Shown piece by piece: positions 21,395 to 32,199 of a stretch of DNA of 54,832 nucleotides. How positions within the stretch are numbered: the first letter of the stretch is position 1; each line of letters opens with the position of its first letter. Where the stretch lies: NCBI GenBank assembly GCA_018825335.1, contig JAHJEW010000052.1, positions 1 through 54,832 of the forward strand, written 5' to 3'. Made by a program: the position numbers and the translations under genes. Below the pieces are notes generated by a model. It searched no databases, was not told where the DNA came from, and worked only from the letters and a program-made list of their open reading frames with translations. This stretch comes from Patescibacteria group bacterium (GTDB lineage Bacteria > Patescibacteriota > Gracilibacteria > UBA1369).

Positions 21395-22645
21395 TTAAGA
21401 CAGTAATTTTTTTGTGATTTGTTTGGAAAGTTCCACTCCCGGCTGGTTGAAGGCGTTGACGCCGAAAAATTCTCCCAGAAAAGATGTTGTGCTCTCAAAA
21501 AGCATGAACAGGCCGCCCAGAGTTTCTTCATTGATTTTATCAATTGCTATTTCAATATTGGGCCGGTCGTTTTTGGTAAGGGACTGTGCGGTGCCTTCCA
21601 TCTCTGTAAGAAGCAATTTGTTGAAAGATACGTTGTTAAGGTATTTCAGGCTTTCTTCCTGCGGATGAAGGTTTGGAATGTTTGCGTCGACGGCTGGCTT
21701 TTCAACTTTAATAAAAATATGCAGTTTGTCATTTGGTCCATCGTTCCAGAGCTGACTTTGTGAGTGTTGATCGGTTGCACCAAGCGCATTCACCGGTGTT
21801 ATGCCTACTCCGTTTTTGCCGATGCTTTCCGCCAAAAGTTGTCTGTACCAGTCGGTGAAGCGAATTAACTTTTGCGCGTACGGCATCATGACATTGATGG
21901 TTTTGCCTTTATTGTAGAGAAGATATTGAATCGATGCCAGGCGAAAAGGGAGATTTTCATTTGGATTTTCAGATAGAAAAGCTGTACGCATGTTTTTGGC
22001 GCCGGCCATTATATTTTCTATTTTCAGGTTTATCAGACGGGCCGGCAAAAGGCTTACGGCTGTAAGTACCGAGAATCTGCCACCCACGTTTTCCGGGACT
22101 TCAAAGGTCAGAATGCCTTCTTCGGTGGCGATTTTACGCAGGAGTCCCTGATCCGGATCGGTGATGAAAAGAAAATGATCGGAGACCTTAAGGTCTGAAT
22201 TTTGGCAGAGATTCCGGAAATACATATACTGCGATATGGTTTCCGGTGTCGTGCCCGATTTGGTCACAACGATAAAAAGAGTACGTTTAAGGTCGATGGC
22301 GTCCTGAATCTCTTTAATGATTACCGGGTCGATGTTGTCCAGTACATGGAGTTTTGACGGCGCGAAAAGGTGTGTCAGGCCCTGTTGCAGGGCAATGGTG
22401 CCAAGCGCCGATCCTCCGATTCCAAGCACTACAAAGTGGTCGAATTTGCCCGCGGTATTAACCGCAAAGGAATTTATTTTTTCGATTAGGGTCGGATCGT
22501 CGATTACTTTGTAAAAACCCTGATTTTTGCTTTCTATATTCTTCAAATAACCGGGAATGAGCGCGGATCCTTTTTCGATATCGCCGGCGGCCAGGCCGTG
22601 TTCCGCGGCGATTTTCTCAAGGTTTTCTGTTGTTAGAGTGATCAT
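21395..22645 (-). CDS. pgi: Glucose-6-phosphate isomerase
   Basis: LGIGGSALG, TKSGTTPET, VGGRFSVL, QLLAESIGK, FNQPGVELSK. Confidence 0.95.
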   Translation of the reverse strand: MITLTTENLEKIAAEHGLAAGDIEKGSALIPGYLKNIESKNQGFYKVIDDPTLIEKINSFAVNTAGKFDHFVVLGIGGSALGTIALQQGLTHLFAPSKLHVLDNIDPVIIKEIQDAIDLKRTLFIVVTKSGTTPETISQYMYFRNLCQNSDLKVSDHFLFITDPDQGLLRKIATEEGILTFEVPENVGGRFSVLTAVSLLPARLINLKIENIMAGAKNMRTAFLSENPNENLPFRLASIQYLLYNKGKTINVMMPYAQKLIRFTDWYRQLLAESIGKNGVGITPVNALGATDQHSQSQLWNDGPNDKLHIFIKVEKPAVDANIPNLHPQEESLKYLNNVSFNKLLLTEMEGTAQSLTKNDRPNIEIAIDKINEETLGGLFMLFESTTSFLGEFFGVNAFNQPGVELSKQITKKLLS

Positions 22646-22648
22646 AAG

Positions 22649-23299
22649 CTACTTAAGGTCTTTTACTTTTTCCCAGTCTTCAAGGAATTTTTTAAGTCCT
22701 ATATCGGTGAGGGGATGTTTGATTAAAAGATCGAAAACTTCCGGGGGTACGGTGGCGATTGAAGCGCCAAGGCGGGCCGCATCTATTACATGCCTTGGGT
22801 GTCTTATGCTGGCCACAAGGATTTTTGTTTTAAAATCATAGTTTCCAAAAATTTGGGCAATTTCCGCAATCAATTCCATGCCGTCCTGGCAGATGTCGTC
22901 CAGTCTGCCAATAAAAGGGCTTACAACTGTTGCGCCCGCTTTTGCGGCCAACAGGGCCTGTCCGGCCGAGAAAATCAGTGTGACGTTGACGTTTACGCCT
23001 TCGGCGCTGAGAGTTTTGCATGCGCGCAGGCCGTCCTGCGTAATGGGAACTTTGACGTAAATGTTCTTGTGCCATTTGGCGTATTTTCTTGCTTCTTCAA
23101 GCATACCTTCGTAATCTGCTGCGATGACTTCGGTACTTATGGGACCGTCCACGACTTCGAGAATTTCTTTTATTCTTTTTTCCAAAGAGACGCCCTCTTT
23201 GGAAATGAGAGAGGGGTTTGTTGTGACTCCGTCGACAACTCCCCAGGCCGCGTATTTTTTAATGGCTTCTATATTGGCGGTGTCCAGGAAAAATTGCAT
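22649..23299 (-). CDS. tal: Transaldolase / fructose-6-phosphate aldolase (short type)
   Basis: [17 protein letters not shown], Schiff-base [13 protein letters not shown]. Start moved to ATG 23299. Confidence 0.93.
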   Translation of the reverse strand: MQFFLDTANIEAIKKYAAWGVVDGVTTNPSLISKEGVSLEKRIKEILEVVDGPISTEVIAADYEGMLEEARKYAKWHKNIYVKVPITQDGLRACKTLSAEGVNVNVTLIFSAGQALLAAKAGATVVSPFIGRLDDICQDGMELIAEIAQIFGNYDFKTKILVASIRHPRHVIDAARLGASIATVPPEVFDLLIKHPLTDIGLKKFLEDWEKVKDLK

Positions 23300-23387
23300 G
23301 GTAAATTTTAAAGTATTATTTGTCTTCGATATAATACGGAATTTGTGCAGTGTGTACAGAGCTGTTTTGATAACGATTTTGCGGCGA

Positions 23388-24698
23388 TTATTTTTCAGCC
23401 ATTTGATCGCGGCTGACGCCGACGCCCACGAAATCGACCGGACATTCAAGGAGTTCCTCTATTTTCTGTACATATTTACGGGCGTTTTCAGGGAGGTCCG
23501 CTATTTTGCGGGCGCCGGATATGTCCTGTTTCCATCCGGGCATTTCTATGTACTTTACTTCAAGATTTTCCAAAACTTCGGCGTCAGCCGGAAAAGACTG
23601 AAGTGTTTTCCCGTTGTATTCGTAGGCCACGCCGATTTTTATTACATCAAGATTGTCCAAAATGTCCAGTTTGGTCAGATTAATGCTGGTCATTCCATTT
23701 AATTGTGCGGAATATTTTGACGCTACCGCGTCAAACCAGCCGCAGCGCCTGGGCCGGCCCGTGGTGGAACCGAATTCCCCGCCGGTCTGCCTTATTTTTT
23801 CGCCGATTTCATTGTCCTGCTCGGTTGGAAAGGGGCCGGCCCCTACACGTGTGCAATAAGCTTTCATGATCCCGATAATTGCAGTGATTTTATTCGGAGC
23901 CACGCCGCTTCCGGCAATCGCCCCGCCAATCGAAGCGTTGGAAGACGTTACAAATGGGAAAGTTCCGTGGTCGACGTCCAAAAGCGTTCCGTTGGCGCCC
24001 TCGATTAAAACTTTTTTGCCGTCTTTTATGGCTTTGTTCAGATAGTAGGAGGTGTCGGTAATAAGCGGTTTGATTTCAGGGAGCATCTTTCGATAATAAT
24101 CAATTTCCTGCTGCGCGTCGAATTCGAAGTCGTATGCTTTCGCAAGATTGGCAACGTTCTGGCGCAGTTTGTTCTCAAATCGTTCAAAATCCAAAAGCTC
24201 ATGAACACGTATGCCGGTTCTGCCGATTTTTTCGGCGTACGCGGGGCCTATTCCACGTCTGGTGGTACCGACCATATTTTTACCTTTTCGCTCCTCCTGA
24301 ATGCCGTCGACTATTTTGTGGTACTCGAAAAGCAAATGCGCGCGGTCGGAAATAAAGAGTCTGCCGCTTATATCCACACCGCTTGTTTTCAGGAATTCTA
24401 TCTCTTCGAAAAGTGTTGGAATATGAAGTACAACCCCATTGCCAATCACGCCTATTACGTTTGGATATAAAACCCCCGAGGGCATTAAATGAAAAATGAA
24501 TTTCTTTTTCCCATTTTCGTTTACCGGATCGGGAACATAGACCGTGTGTCCCGCGTTGGCGCCGCCGGTGGCGCGGGCAACAATGTCGTACTGCTCCGCC
24601 ATAATGTCTATTAATTTTCCTTTTCCCTCGTCACCCCACTGCCCGCCAAGTATTACGGAAACGTTGCCGAATTTTTGAATGAGATCTCTTGTGGCCAT
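23388..24698 (-). CDS. purA: Adenylosuccinate synthetase
   Basis: [46 protein letters not shown]. Confidence 0.98.
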   Translation of the reverse strand: MATRDLIQKFGNVSVILGGQWGDEGKGKLIDIMAEQYDIVARATGGANAGHTVYVPDPVNENGKKKFIFHLMPSGVLYPNVIGVIGNGVVLHIPTLFEEIEFLKTSGVDISGRLFISDRAHLLFEYHKIVDGIQEERKGKNMVGTTRRGIGPAYAEKIGRTGIRVHELLDFERFENKLRQNVANLAKAYDFEFDAQQEIDYYRKMLPEIKPLITDTSYYLNKAIKDGKKVLIEGANGTLLDVDHGTFPFVTSSNASIGGAIAGSGVAPNKITAIIGIMKAYCTRVGAGPFPTEQDNEIGEKIRQTGGEFGSTTGRPRRCGWFDAVASKYSAQLNGMTSINLTKLDILDNLDVIKIGVAYEYNGKTLQSFPADAEVLENLEVKYIEMPGWKQDISGARKIADLPENARKYVQKIEELLECPVDFVGVGVSRDQMAEK

Positions 24699-24834
24699 AT
24701 TTTTTTATGGTGATGATATTTGTTCGATCATAGATATATCACAGCCCCCGGCGCAATGATAGATTTGTCCATTTTTCTTGCATTAACGGGTCAATATCCC
24801 GTATAGTGAAGCAGCTTTTCTTTATCCTTCAAAG

Positions 24835-25803
24835 ATGCTTTCACCGGAAGAAATAAGTGCACAAATACCGTTTTGTCTGGATGGTACGGATTTCCCCACG
24901 CTCGGGAAAAAATATGCCGGCAAAGTCCGTGACAATTACACAAAAGATGGAAAACGGTTCATTATTGTTACAGACAGGCTTTCCGCTTTTGACCGGATTA
25001 TTACTCTGATTCCTTTCAAGGGTCAGGTACTTAATCAGATTGCCAGATTCTGGTTCGATCAGACAAAAGATATAATGGGAAATCATGTTATAGAGTTTCC
25101 GGATGAGAATGTCGTTATTGCCAAAGAGTGCACACCTTTGCCGATTGAGATGGTGGTGCGCGGATATATTACGGGAGTTACGACCACAAGCGCCTGGTAT
25201 AACTATGAGAAGGGAGTCCGGAATTTTTGCGGGAATATTTTACCTGAGGGACTTAAGAAGAATCAGAAGCTTGCCGCACCTATTTTGACTCCGTCCACAA
25301 AGGCGCTTAAAGGAGGGCACGATGAGTCCGTTTCGCGGGAAGAGATTCTGGAGCGCACAAATTTGACGGCCGGACAGTACGATGAGATTGCTGAAAAGTC
25401 TTTAAAACTGTATGCGCGCGGAGTGGATATTTGCGCAAAGCAGGGGATTATTCTGGTCGATACGAAATACGAGTTCGGTTTGTTGCCGGAAGGTGAGATT
25501 GTTTTGATAGATGAGATCCATACGCCCGATTCTTCGCGCTTCTGGTTTGCCGATGAATATGAAAAAAGGTTTAATGCCGATATGGAACAAAAGAAAATCG
25601 ACAAGGAGTATCTGCGTGAATGGCTTGCCAATGAGAAAGGCTTTGTAGGGGAAGGGGATGTGCCATCGATCCCGGATGAGATCAGGGTGGAAACGGCGCG
25701 CCGTTACATTGAAGCGTATGAACTTATTACCGGTGCTTCGTTTAAGGCTCAGGTTGGATCTGTAATGGATCGTATACAAAAAAACTTACAAATATACCTA
25801 TGA
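24835..25803 (+). CDS. purC: SAICAR synthetase
   Basis: GKVRDNY, TDRLSAFD, EMVVRGYITG, LVDTKYEFG, DEIHTPDSSRFW. Confidence 0.96.
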   Translation: MLSPEEISAQIPFCLDGTDFPTLGKKYAGKVRDNYTKDGKRFIIVTDRLSAFDRIITLIPFKGQVLNQIARFWFDQTKDIMGNHVIEFPDENVVIAKECTPLPIEMVVRGYITGVTTTSAWYNYEKGVRNFCGNILPEGLKKNQKLAAPILTPSTKALKGGHDESVSREEILERTNLTAGQYDEIAEKSLKLYARGVDICAKQGIILVDTKYEFGLLPEGEIVLIDEIHTPDSSRFWFADEYEKRFNADMEQKKIDKEYLREWLANEKGFVGEGDVPSIPDEIRVETARRYIEAYELITGASFKAQVGSVMDRIQKNLQIYL

Positions 25804-26261
25804 AGATGATTGTTCCCATTTTGCTCGGATCGGAAAGTGATAGGCCCTGGGCGGCCAAGATCACGGACGAGCTGGATAAATGGGATATTCCTTATAAGAT
25901 TCATGTGGTTTCGGCCCATAAAGTGCCGGAGCTTTTGGTTGAGATTGTCCGGGAGTATAACGGTTTTGATGGTCTTCTCTGTTATGTGACGATTGCGGGC
26001 AGGTCCAACGGTTTGTCCGGATGCACTGCCGGTTCCAGTGTTCATCCGGTTATTGCCTGTCCTCCTTTTAAAGATAAAGAAGATATGATGATCAATCTGA
26101 ACTCTACGGTGCAGATGCCGTCGGAGACGCCTGTTTTAACAGTTCTGGATCCCAATAATGTTGTTAACGGCATTGTAAGGATATTTGCGCTGGGCAATAG
26201 TGACTTAAAAAAGCGTTACGAAAATCATATAAAAAAAATTAAGGCTTCATTTTATAAATAA
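25800..26261 (+). CDS. purE: AIR carboxylase PurE, class II-like
   Basis: LLGSESD, VVSAHK, AGRSNGLSG, PVIACPP. ATGA overlap with purC. Confidence 0.9.
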   Translation: MKMIVPILLGSESDRPWAAKITDELDKWDIPYKIHVVSAHKVPELLVEIVREYNGFDGLLCYVTIAGRSNGLSGCTAGSSVHPVIACPPFKDKEDMMINLNSTVQMPSETPVLTVLDPNNVVNGIVRIFALGNSDLKKRYENHIKKIKASFYK

Positions 26262-27640
26262 TGAGAGATCCATTAGACAATATTTCTCCGCTGGACGGCC
26301 GTTACGGCCAGAAGGTGGATGAACTGCGACAGTTTTTTTCGGAAGCTTCTTTAATGCGGCATAGGCTTATAGTTGAGGTGGAGTGGTTTATTTTTCTTTG
26401 CAATACCGCCAGATTAAAGGGTACTTTCGTACTGAAGCCTGTTTTACTTAAGGAGATAAGAAGTATTTACGAGTATTTTGACCTGGTTGATGCAAAACGG
26501 GTAAAGGAAATAGAAAAGATAACAAATCACGATGTTAAGGCGATTGAATATTTTATTAAAGAGAAGTTAAAAGGTTCCGCTTTTGAACCTTATCTGGAGT
26601 TTGTTCATTTTGGTTGCACATCGGAGGATATTAATAATTTGTCCTATGCCATGATGCTGAAGGGGGCCATGGAAGGAGTAATTTTCCCTGTTATGACAGG
26701 TGTTGCCGAACTGGTTTATCAGTTGGCCAAAAAGTATAAATCCGTGGCAATGATGTCCCGTACACACGGTCAACCGGCCACTCCCACAACGGTTGGCAAG
26801 GAGTTTGTGAATTTTATTGCGAGGATGGAAAGGCAGATGGCGTCTTTAAAGCTTATAGTGCTATTGGGAAAGATGAATGGGGCTGTCGGAAATTTCAATG
26901 CCCATGTTATTGCTTATCCAAAGCTTAAATGGATGGAATTGAGTACAAAATTTATACAAGGCTTAGGACTTGAAGTTAATGCATACACCACTCAGATTGA
27001 GCCGCACGATTACAATGCTGAAATATTTGATGCGATACGTCGGTTTAATACTGTATTGATTGATATGAACCGCGATATTTGGTCATATATAAGTATTGGT
27101 TATTTTAAGCAACATCTGAAAGCAGGAGAGGTCGGTTCTTCCACTATGCCGCATAAAGTGAATCCTATTGATTTTGAAAACAGTGAGGGAAATCTTGGGA
27201 TGGCTAATGCCATACTTGGACATCTTGCGGAGAAGCTGCCTCTTTCACGTATGCAGAGAGATCTTACGGATTCCACGGTTATAAGGAATATTGGCTCCGC
27301 GCTCGCGTACAGTCTATTGGCGTACAAAAATTGTATACAGGGATTGCATAAAATTGATCTGAATAAGAAAGTTTTGGAAGATGATCTAGATGTCAACTGG
27401 GAGCTTTTGGCCGAGCCCATTCAAACTGCTATGCGGAGATATGGAGTGAAAAACGCTTATGAACAGCTAAAATCTCTCACCCGCGGTAAATCGGTGAATA
27501 AAAAAATAGTACATAAGTTTATTGATGGTCTGGATATTCCCGCAGGTGAGAAAAAGAGATTAAAATCGCTTACTCCTTCAAAGTACATTGGCCTGGCCGT
27601 TGAATTAGTGGATGGCTATCAGCCTAATTTTCTAAAGTAA
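26261..27640 (+). CDS. purB: Adenylosuccinate lyase
   Basis: ISPLDGRY, TNHDVKAIEY, SRTHGQPATPTT, GSSTMPHKVNPIDFEN. Confidence 0.97.
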   Translation: MRDPLDNISPLDGRYGQKVDELRQFFSEASLMRHRLIVEVEWFIFLCNTARLKGTFVLKPVLLKEIRSIYEYFDLVDAKRVKEIEKITNHDVKAIEYFIKEKLKGSAFEPYLEFVHFGCTSEDINNLSYAMMLKGAMEGVIFPVMTGVAELVYQLAKKYKSVAMMSRTHGQPATPTTVGKEFVNFIARMERQMASLKLIVLLGKMNGAVGNFNAHVIAYPKLKWMELSTKFIQGLGLEVNAYTTQIEPHDYNAEIFDAIRRFNTVLIDMNRDIWSYISIGYFKQHLKAGEVGSSTMPHKVNPIDFENSEGNLGMANAILGHLAEKLPLSRMQRDLTDSTVIRNIGSALAYSLLAYKNCIQGLHKIDLNKKVLEDDLDVNWELLAEPIQTAMRRYGVKNAYEQLKSLTRGKSVNKKIVHKFIDGLDIPAGEKKRLKSLTPSKYIGLAVELVDGYQPNFLK

Positions 27641-27645
27641 TGATT

Positions 27646-28269
27646 TTAACCGGTTTTTTCATCCGGCTTATCTTTATTTACGTTCCGGATTCCCGTTACT
27701 TCGTCTTCCCAGTCCTCTTCATCAAGTTCCGGAAGGCTTGGTGATGCAATTTCAATTTTTGGAGGAGGTACTGATTTCAGGTGAAGAGGCGCCGGTTTTG
27801 AAGGTTTTTTGGCTCCAAGGAAGGGTTCCGCAGCAATAAGATCTTTTATGTCCGTTCTTATTTTGTATGGAGATCCAAGCGTATCAGAGGGGTCGCGTTT
27901 TTTGAGATGGGATCTGAAAATTTCTTCCTGACCGTTATTACAATTTTCATCAGCTATAGATTCTACAGTGGCTTCGTCGAAAAATATCTGATCGTTATCT
28001 TCGTCGAGTTCGCGCTTGTTATTGCCATCAACTATAAAAACGCGGCCGTCGGGTCTGGATTCTATGGTTTGTATGCTTTCCGATTCTATTTCGCGGATAA
28101 GAGCGCGTACAGTGAAAGGTTTCATCCCTTTAAAAACTGTTTTCAGGTTCAAATAGAGGTTTCCGTAAAGGAATTTGACCGTTTCGTCCTGAGCGGCTTC
28201 TTTGGCCGGAATAATCGATCCATGGCCTGATTCTTCCGGAGATCTGCGGGCGGCATTTTCCTGTTGCAT
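27646..28269 (-). CDS. Hypothetical protein with a Pro/acidic low-complexity C-terminus
   Basis: 207-aa ORF filling the purB-ileS gap; no recognisable motif. Confidence 0.6.
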   Translation of the reverse strand: MQQENAARRSPEESGHGSIIPAKEAAQDETVKFLYGNLYLNLKTVFKGMKPFTVRALIREIESESIQTIESRPDGRVFIVDGNNKRELDEDNDQIFFDEATVESIADENCNNGQEEIFRSHLKKRDPSDTLGSPYKIRTDIKDLIAAEPFLGAKKPSKPAPLHLKSVPPPKIEIASPSLPELDEEDWEDEVTGIRNVNKDKPDEKTG

Positions 28270-28370
28270 GGATGGATGGTTAAGAAATATGTTTTGTTTC
28301 TTTATTATAGCATTTCCAGCTTGTTGATCAAAATATAATCCGCTAGAATAAGGCGGAATTCTCTTGAAAT

Positions 28371-31300
28371 ATGTTTAAATCTGTTAATCCAAAACAATCT
28401 TTCCCGAAACTGGAACATGAAATTCTTGATTTCTGGGAAAAACAAAATATTTTCGAAAAATCGGTACAGGCAAGGAAAGAAAACAAGAAATATGTTTTTT
28501 TCGATGGTCCGCCTTTTGCCAATGGCTTGCCGCATTACGGGCATATCCTGGCCAATGCCTTAAAAGATGCCGTTACAAGATATTGGACGATGAAAGGTTA
28601 CTATGTGCCAAGGACGAACGGGTGGGATTGTCATGGACTGCCTGTTGAGTATGAGGTGGAAAAGGAGGCGCAGTTGTCCGGACGAAAAGATATTGAAAAA
28701 ATGGGAGTGGAGAAATTCAACAATATGTGTCGTGAGAGTGTTTTTCGATATACCAAAGAATGGGAAGGGCTTTTAAAGCGGATTGCGCGCTGGGTGGATT
28801 TTGAAGACAGCTATGCAACACTGGACAATGAATATATGGAGTCGATCTGGTGGGTTTTTAAGCAAATATGGCTTAAGGAAATGATTTATCAGGGCTATAA
28901 AAGTATGCATATTTGTCCGCGCTGTGAAACGCCTTTGTCCAATTTTGAGGTTTCGCAGGGATATAAAGATGTTACAGATTTGTCAGTGACGGCCAAGTTT
29001 AAGTTGAAAGATGAGGATACTTATTTATTGGCTTGGACAACGACTCCGTGGACGCTTCCCGGAAATGTTGCACTTTGCATGGGGCCGAAGATTGCGTACA
29101 ACAGGGTCGGTGTCAGGTTTGAGGACGGATCGGAGGAGGTTTACATTGTGGCGAAAGAGCTGGTGGAAAAGGTTTTCAAGGATATGAACTACAATGTTCT
29201 GGAAAAAGTTAAACCTCAGGATCTTGAAGGGAAGGAGTTTGAGCCGCTATTGCCTTTTTACGCCGGAATGGCAAAGAAAGGCGGTTTTAAGGTGGTTTTG
29301 GGCGACTTTGTTACGACCGAGGAAGGAACGGGAATTGTGCACATTGCGCCAATGTTTGGTGAGGACGATTATGAAATCGCGAAGAAGTATAATCTGCCAA
29401 TGATCCAGCATGTAAAAATGGATGGGACGTTTAAGGATGAAGTCAAGCCATGGGCCGGGAAATTTGTGAAAGGGCAGGATCAGAATGTTGCAGATTATCT
29501 TGAAGAAAAAGGGCGGCTTTTCGGAAAGGAGAATTTTCGGCACAGCTATCCGCATTGCTGGCGCTGCGATACGCCTTTATTGAATTATTCCACGCGAAGC
29601 TGGTTTATTAGAGTGACCAGTTTGAAGGACCGGCTTGTAAAAAATAATAAGAAAATACACTGGCAACCACCGCATATTCAGCAGGGGCGTTTTGGGAAAT
29701 GGCTTGAGGGTGCAAGGGACTGGGCGATTTCACGCAACAGGTTTTGGGGTTGCGCTATTCCGGTATGGGAATGTGAGAAGGGGCACACGCAGTGTATCGG
29801 TTCGATTGAGGAATTAAAGGAACGCAGCGGCGGGAAACTACCTATGCGCGGTAAGGGGAAGTCGGCGGAGCTGGATCTGCATAAGCCTTACATTGATGAG
29901 ATTACTTTTAAATGCGATACCTGCGACGGGGAGATGCGCAGAATTCCGGAGGTTCTGGATTGCTGGTTTGAGAGCGGATCGATGCCTTACGCGCAGCTGC
30001 ATTATCCTTTCGAAAACAAGCAGGAATTCGAGGACAATTTTCCGGCAAATTTTATTGCGGAGGGGCTGGATCAGACGCGCGGCTGGTTTTATACACTTCA
30101 TGTTTTGTCGGCGATTTTGTTTAACAAACCGGCTTTTGAAAATGTGATCGTTAACGGAATTTTGCTGGCTGCGGACGGGGAGAAATTATCAAAACGAAAA
30201 AAGAATTATCCCGATCCGAATGTGCTTTTTGAAACTCAGGGTGTGGACGCTACGCGTATGTTTTTATACATGAGCACGGCGCCTCTGGCGGAGGATGTGC
30301 GCTTTAGCGAGCGGCATGTGGAGGAGGTGGTTAAGAAATTGTCTTTAACTTTGTGGAATGCGTACAGTTTTTTTGTTACTTACGCTAATATTGACGGATG
30401 GACGCCGGAAAAAGGGTCCGATGCGATGGCAGGTTTCGAACCTAAACATAAGCTGGATCAGTGGATTCTTTCGGAGCTGCACCAGCTTATTGATACTGTG
30501 ACTGAAGCCATGGACGATTATAATCTTTCCAAAGCCACGCGGCCGATTGCCGACTTTGTGGATGGACTCAGTAACTGGTATATTCGTCGCAGCCGCAGAC
30601 GCTTCTGGAAATCCGAGAATGACGAAGACAAGGTTCAGGCTTATCAGACTTTGCATATTGTGCTGGTTGAATTGAGTAAATTGATGGCACCTTTTATGCC
30701 TTTTTTGGCCGATGCGATTTATAAAAATCTTTCGGGCGAGAAATCGGTTCATATGGCGGACTGGCCGAAAGCGATTAAAGCTTATATACAGCCAAAACTT
30801 AATCGTGAACATCAACTTGTAAGGCAAATTGTAACGCTGGGTCACGGGGTGCGCGACAAAGCAAATATTAAGGTTCGTCAGCCGCTGGCGCTGGTTCAGC
30901 TTGGTCTTCCGGCGAATATTGATAGAGATGAGGTTTTGGCGCAAAAAGATGTGATTCTTGAAGAGCTTAATGTAAAGAGTCTAGATATTTTAAAAGATGC
31001 GGATGAGTTCGTGACGCGCGTTGTAATGCCGAATGCCCGCGTTCTTGGGCCCAAGTACGGCAAGGAGGTTCAGTCCATCATCCAAAAGGCCAAAGCGGGG
31101 GAGTTTGAGGTGATGGAAGACGGTTCGGTGCGGATAGGGGACTTCGTTTTGAGCGGTGATGAGGTGTCTGTCGGTTTTCACGGTAAAGAAGGATTTGACG
31201 TGGCCAGCAGCGGAGGTGTCTCGGTTGTGCTTGATACGACTTTGACAGATGAGCTTAAACAGGAAGGTCTGGCGCGCGAGATTGTTCGCAGAATTCAGGA

Positions 31301-31532
31301 TCTGCGCAAAGAAGCTTCCTACAAAGTTGATGATCGTATTTATGTTTTTGTTGAAGCGATCGGTGATGGGGAAGTTTCGTCACGTATTTCCACCGCGGTT
31401 TTGAACTTTGCGGATCACATAAAGCGTGAAACTCTGGCTCTTGAGCTTCAGGATAAGGGTGATTTTGAGTGGGATAAAGAGGTGATTGCGGATATTGAGG
31501 GTGCAAAGGTAAAGGTGGCGGTGAGGAGGTAG
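28371..31532 (+). CDS. ileS: Isoleucyl-tRNA synthetase, type 2
   Basis: DGPPFANGLPHYGH, GWDCHGLP, WTTTPWTLP, EGLDQTRGWFY, KLSKR; long type-2 C-terminus (EGLAREIVRRIQDLRK). Confidence 0.97.
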   Translation: MFKSVNPKQSFPKLEHEILDFWEKQNIFEKSVQARKENKKYVFFDGPPFANGLPHYGHILANALKDAVTRYWTMKGYYVPRTNGWDCHGLPVEYEVEKEAQLSGRKDIEKMGVEKFNNMCRESVFRYTKEWEGLLKRIARWVDFEDSYATLDNEYMESIWWVFKQIWLKEMIYQGYKSMHICPRCETPLSNFEVSQGYKDVTDLSVTAKFKLKDEDTYLLAWTTTPWTLPGNVALCMGPKIAYNRVGVRFEDGSEEVYIVAKELVEKVFKDMNYNVLEKVKPQDLEGKEFEPLLPFYAGMAKKGGFKVVLGDFVTTEEGTGIVHIAPMFGEDDYEIAKKYNLPMIQHVKMDGTFKDEVKPWAGKFVKGQDQNVADYLEEKGRLFGKENFRHSYPHCWRCDTPLLNYSTRSWFIRVTSLKDRLVKNNKKIHWQPPHIQQGRFGKWLEGARDWAISRNRFWGCAIPVWECEKGHTQCIGSIEELKERSGGKLPMRGKGKSAELDLHKPYIDEITFKCDTCDGEMRRIPEVLDCWFESGSMPYAQLHYPFENKQEFEDNFPANFIAEGLDQTRGWFYTLHVLSAILFNKPAFENVIVNGILLAADGEKLSKRKKNYPDPNVLFETQGVDATRMFLYMSTAPLAEDVRFSERHVEEVVKKLSLTLWNAYSFFVTYANIDGWTPEKGSDAMAGFEPKHKLDQWILSELHQLIDTVTEAMDDYNLSKATRPIADFVDGLSNWYIRRSRRRFWKSENDEDKVQAYQTLHIVLVELSKLMAPFMPFLADAIYKNLSGEKSVHMADWPKAIKAYIQPKLNREHQLVRQIVTLGHGVRDKANIKVRQPLALVQLGLPANIDRDEVLAQKDVILEELNVKSLDILKDADEFVTRVVMPNARVLGPKYGKEVQSIIQKAKAGEFEVMEDGSVRIGDFVLSGDEVSVGFHGKEGFDVASSGGVSVVLDTTLTDELKQEGLAREIVRRIQDLRKEASYKVDDRIYVFVEAIGDGEVSSRISTAVLNFADHIKRETLALELQDKGDFEWDKEVIADIEGAKVKVAVRR

Positions 31533-31589
31533 CAATAGATGTTTTTTGCGGGCGTTGAGTCCCTTTTCTATTCATGCTAAAGTACGTCC

Positions 31590-31964
31590 ATGCTGAATAA
31601 AATCATTTACGGGATAGTGCTGAACAGTCTGGCTCTATACCTGGTGACCAAGTTTTTGCCGGAGCAGCTGGCATTTACCGGTGGGGTTAAGTTTTATCTG
31701 CTTGGGGGATTGATTATTGGTGTTCTCAACACGTTTGTTAAACCTCTTATGAAGATTTTGTCTTTCCCCTTTGTGATTATGACGGCCGGCCTGTTTATTT
31801 TGGTTATTAATGCTATTATCTTCTGGTTGACCGTGAAACTTGTGAATGTTATTAGTATTGCCGATATTACGGTAACGGTAAGTTCGGCATGGACTTATTT
31901 GATTGGCGCGATTGTATTTGGTCTTGTTAACTGGGTTTTACATCTAATTATTCACAATAAGTAA
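31590..31964 (+). CDS. 4-TM phage-holin-like (YvlD/DUF360) membrane protein
   Basis: GVLNTFVKPLMKILSFPFVIMTAGLFILVINA signature. Confidence 0.85.
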   Translation: MLNKIIYGIVLNSLALYLVTKFLPEQLAFTGGVKFYLLGGLIIGVLNTFVKPLMKILSFPFVIMTAGLFILVINAIIFWLTVKLVNVISIADITVTVSSAWTYLIGAIVFGLVNWVLHLIIHNK

Positions 31965-31965
31965 T

Positions 31966-32190
31966 ATGAAAAATTTCCTGATTGTTTTGCAGATAATTGT
32001 ATCAGTTCTGTTTATGCTCAGCGTGCTTGTACAACAAAAGAGTTCAGGCTTTTCTTCGGCAATGGGCGGTCAGTCCGGTGCTACGGTACAATCCACCAAG
32101 CGTGGTGCCGAAAAGGTGGTTGCCCGGGCATCGGTGGTGTTGGCGATTATTTTCGTTGTGCTTTCGCTGGCTTTTGTGTTTGTTCCCTAA
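31966..32190 (+). CDS. secG: Preprotein translocase subunit SecG
   Basis: Two TM helices around VLVQQKSSGFSSAMGG...KRGAEK. Confidence 0.9.
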   Translation: MKNFLIVLQIIVSVLFMLSVLVQQKSSGFSSAMGGQSGATVQSTKRGAEKVVARASVVLAIIFVVLSLAFVFVP

Positions 32191-32199
32191 AGTTTTTGT

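Noticed and set aside
23300..23449. 50-aa N-terminal extension of transaldolase; similar extensions on lepA, ssb and the SBP at 41295
   Set aside because: These are ORF-caller extensions to upstream alternative starts that overlap neighbouring genes or promoters. Family homology begins at the downstream ATG.
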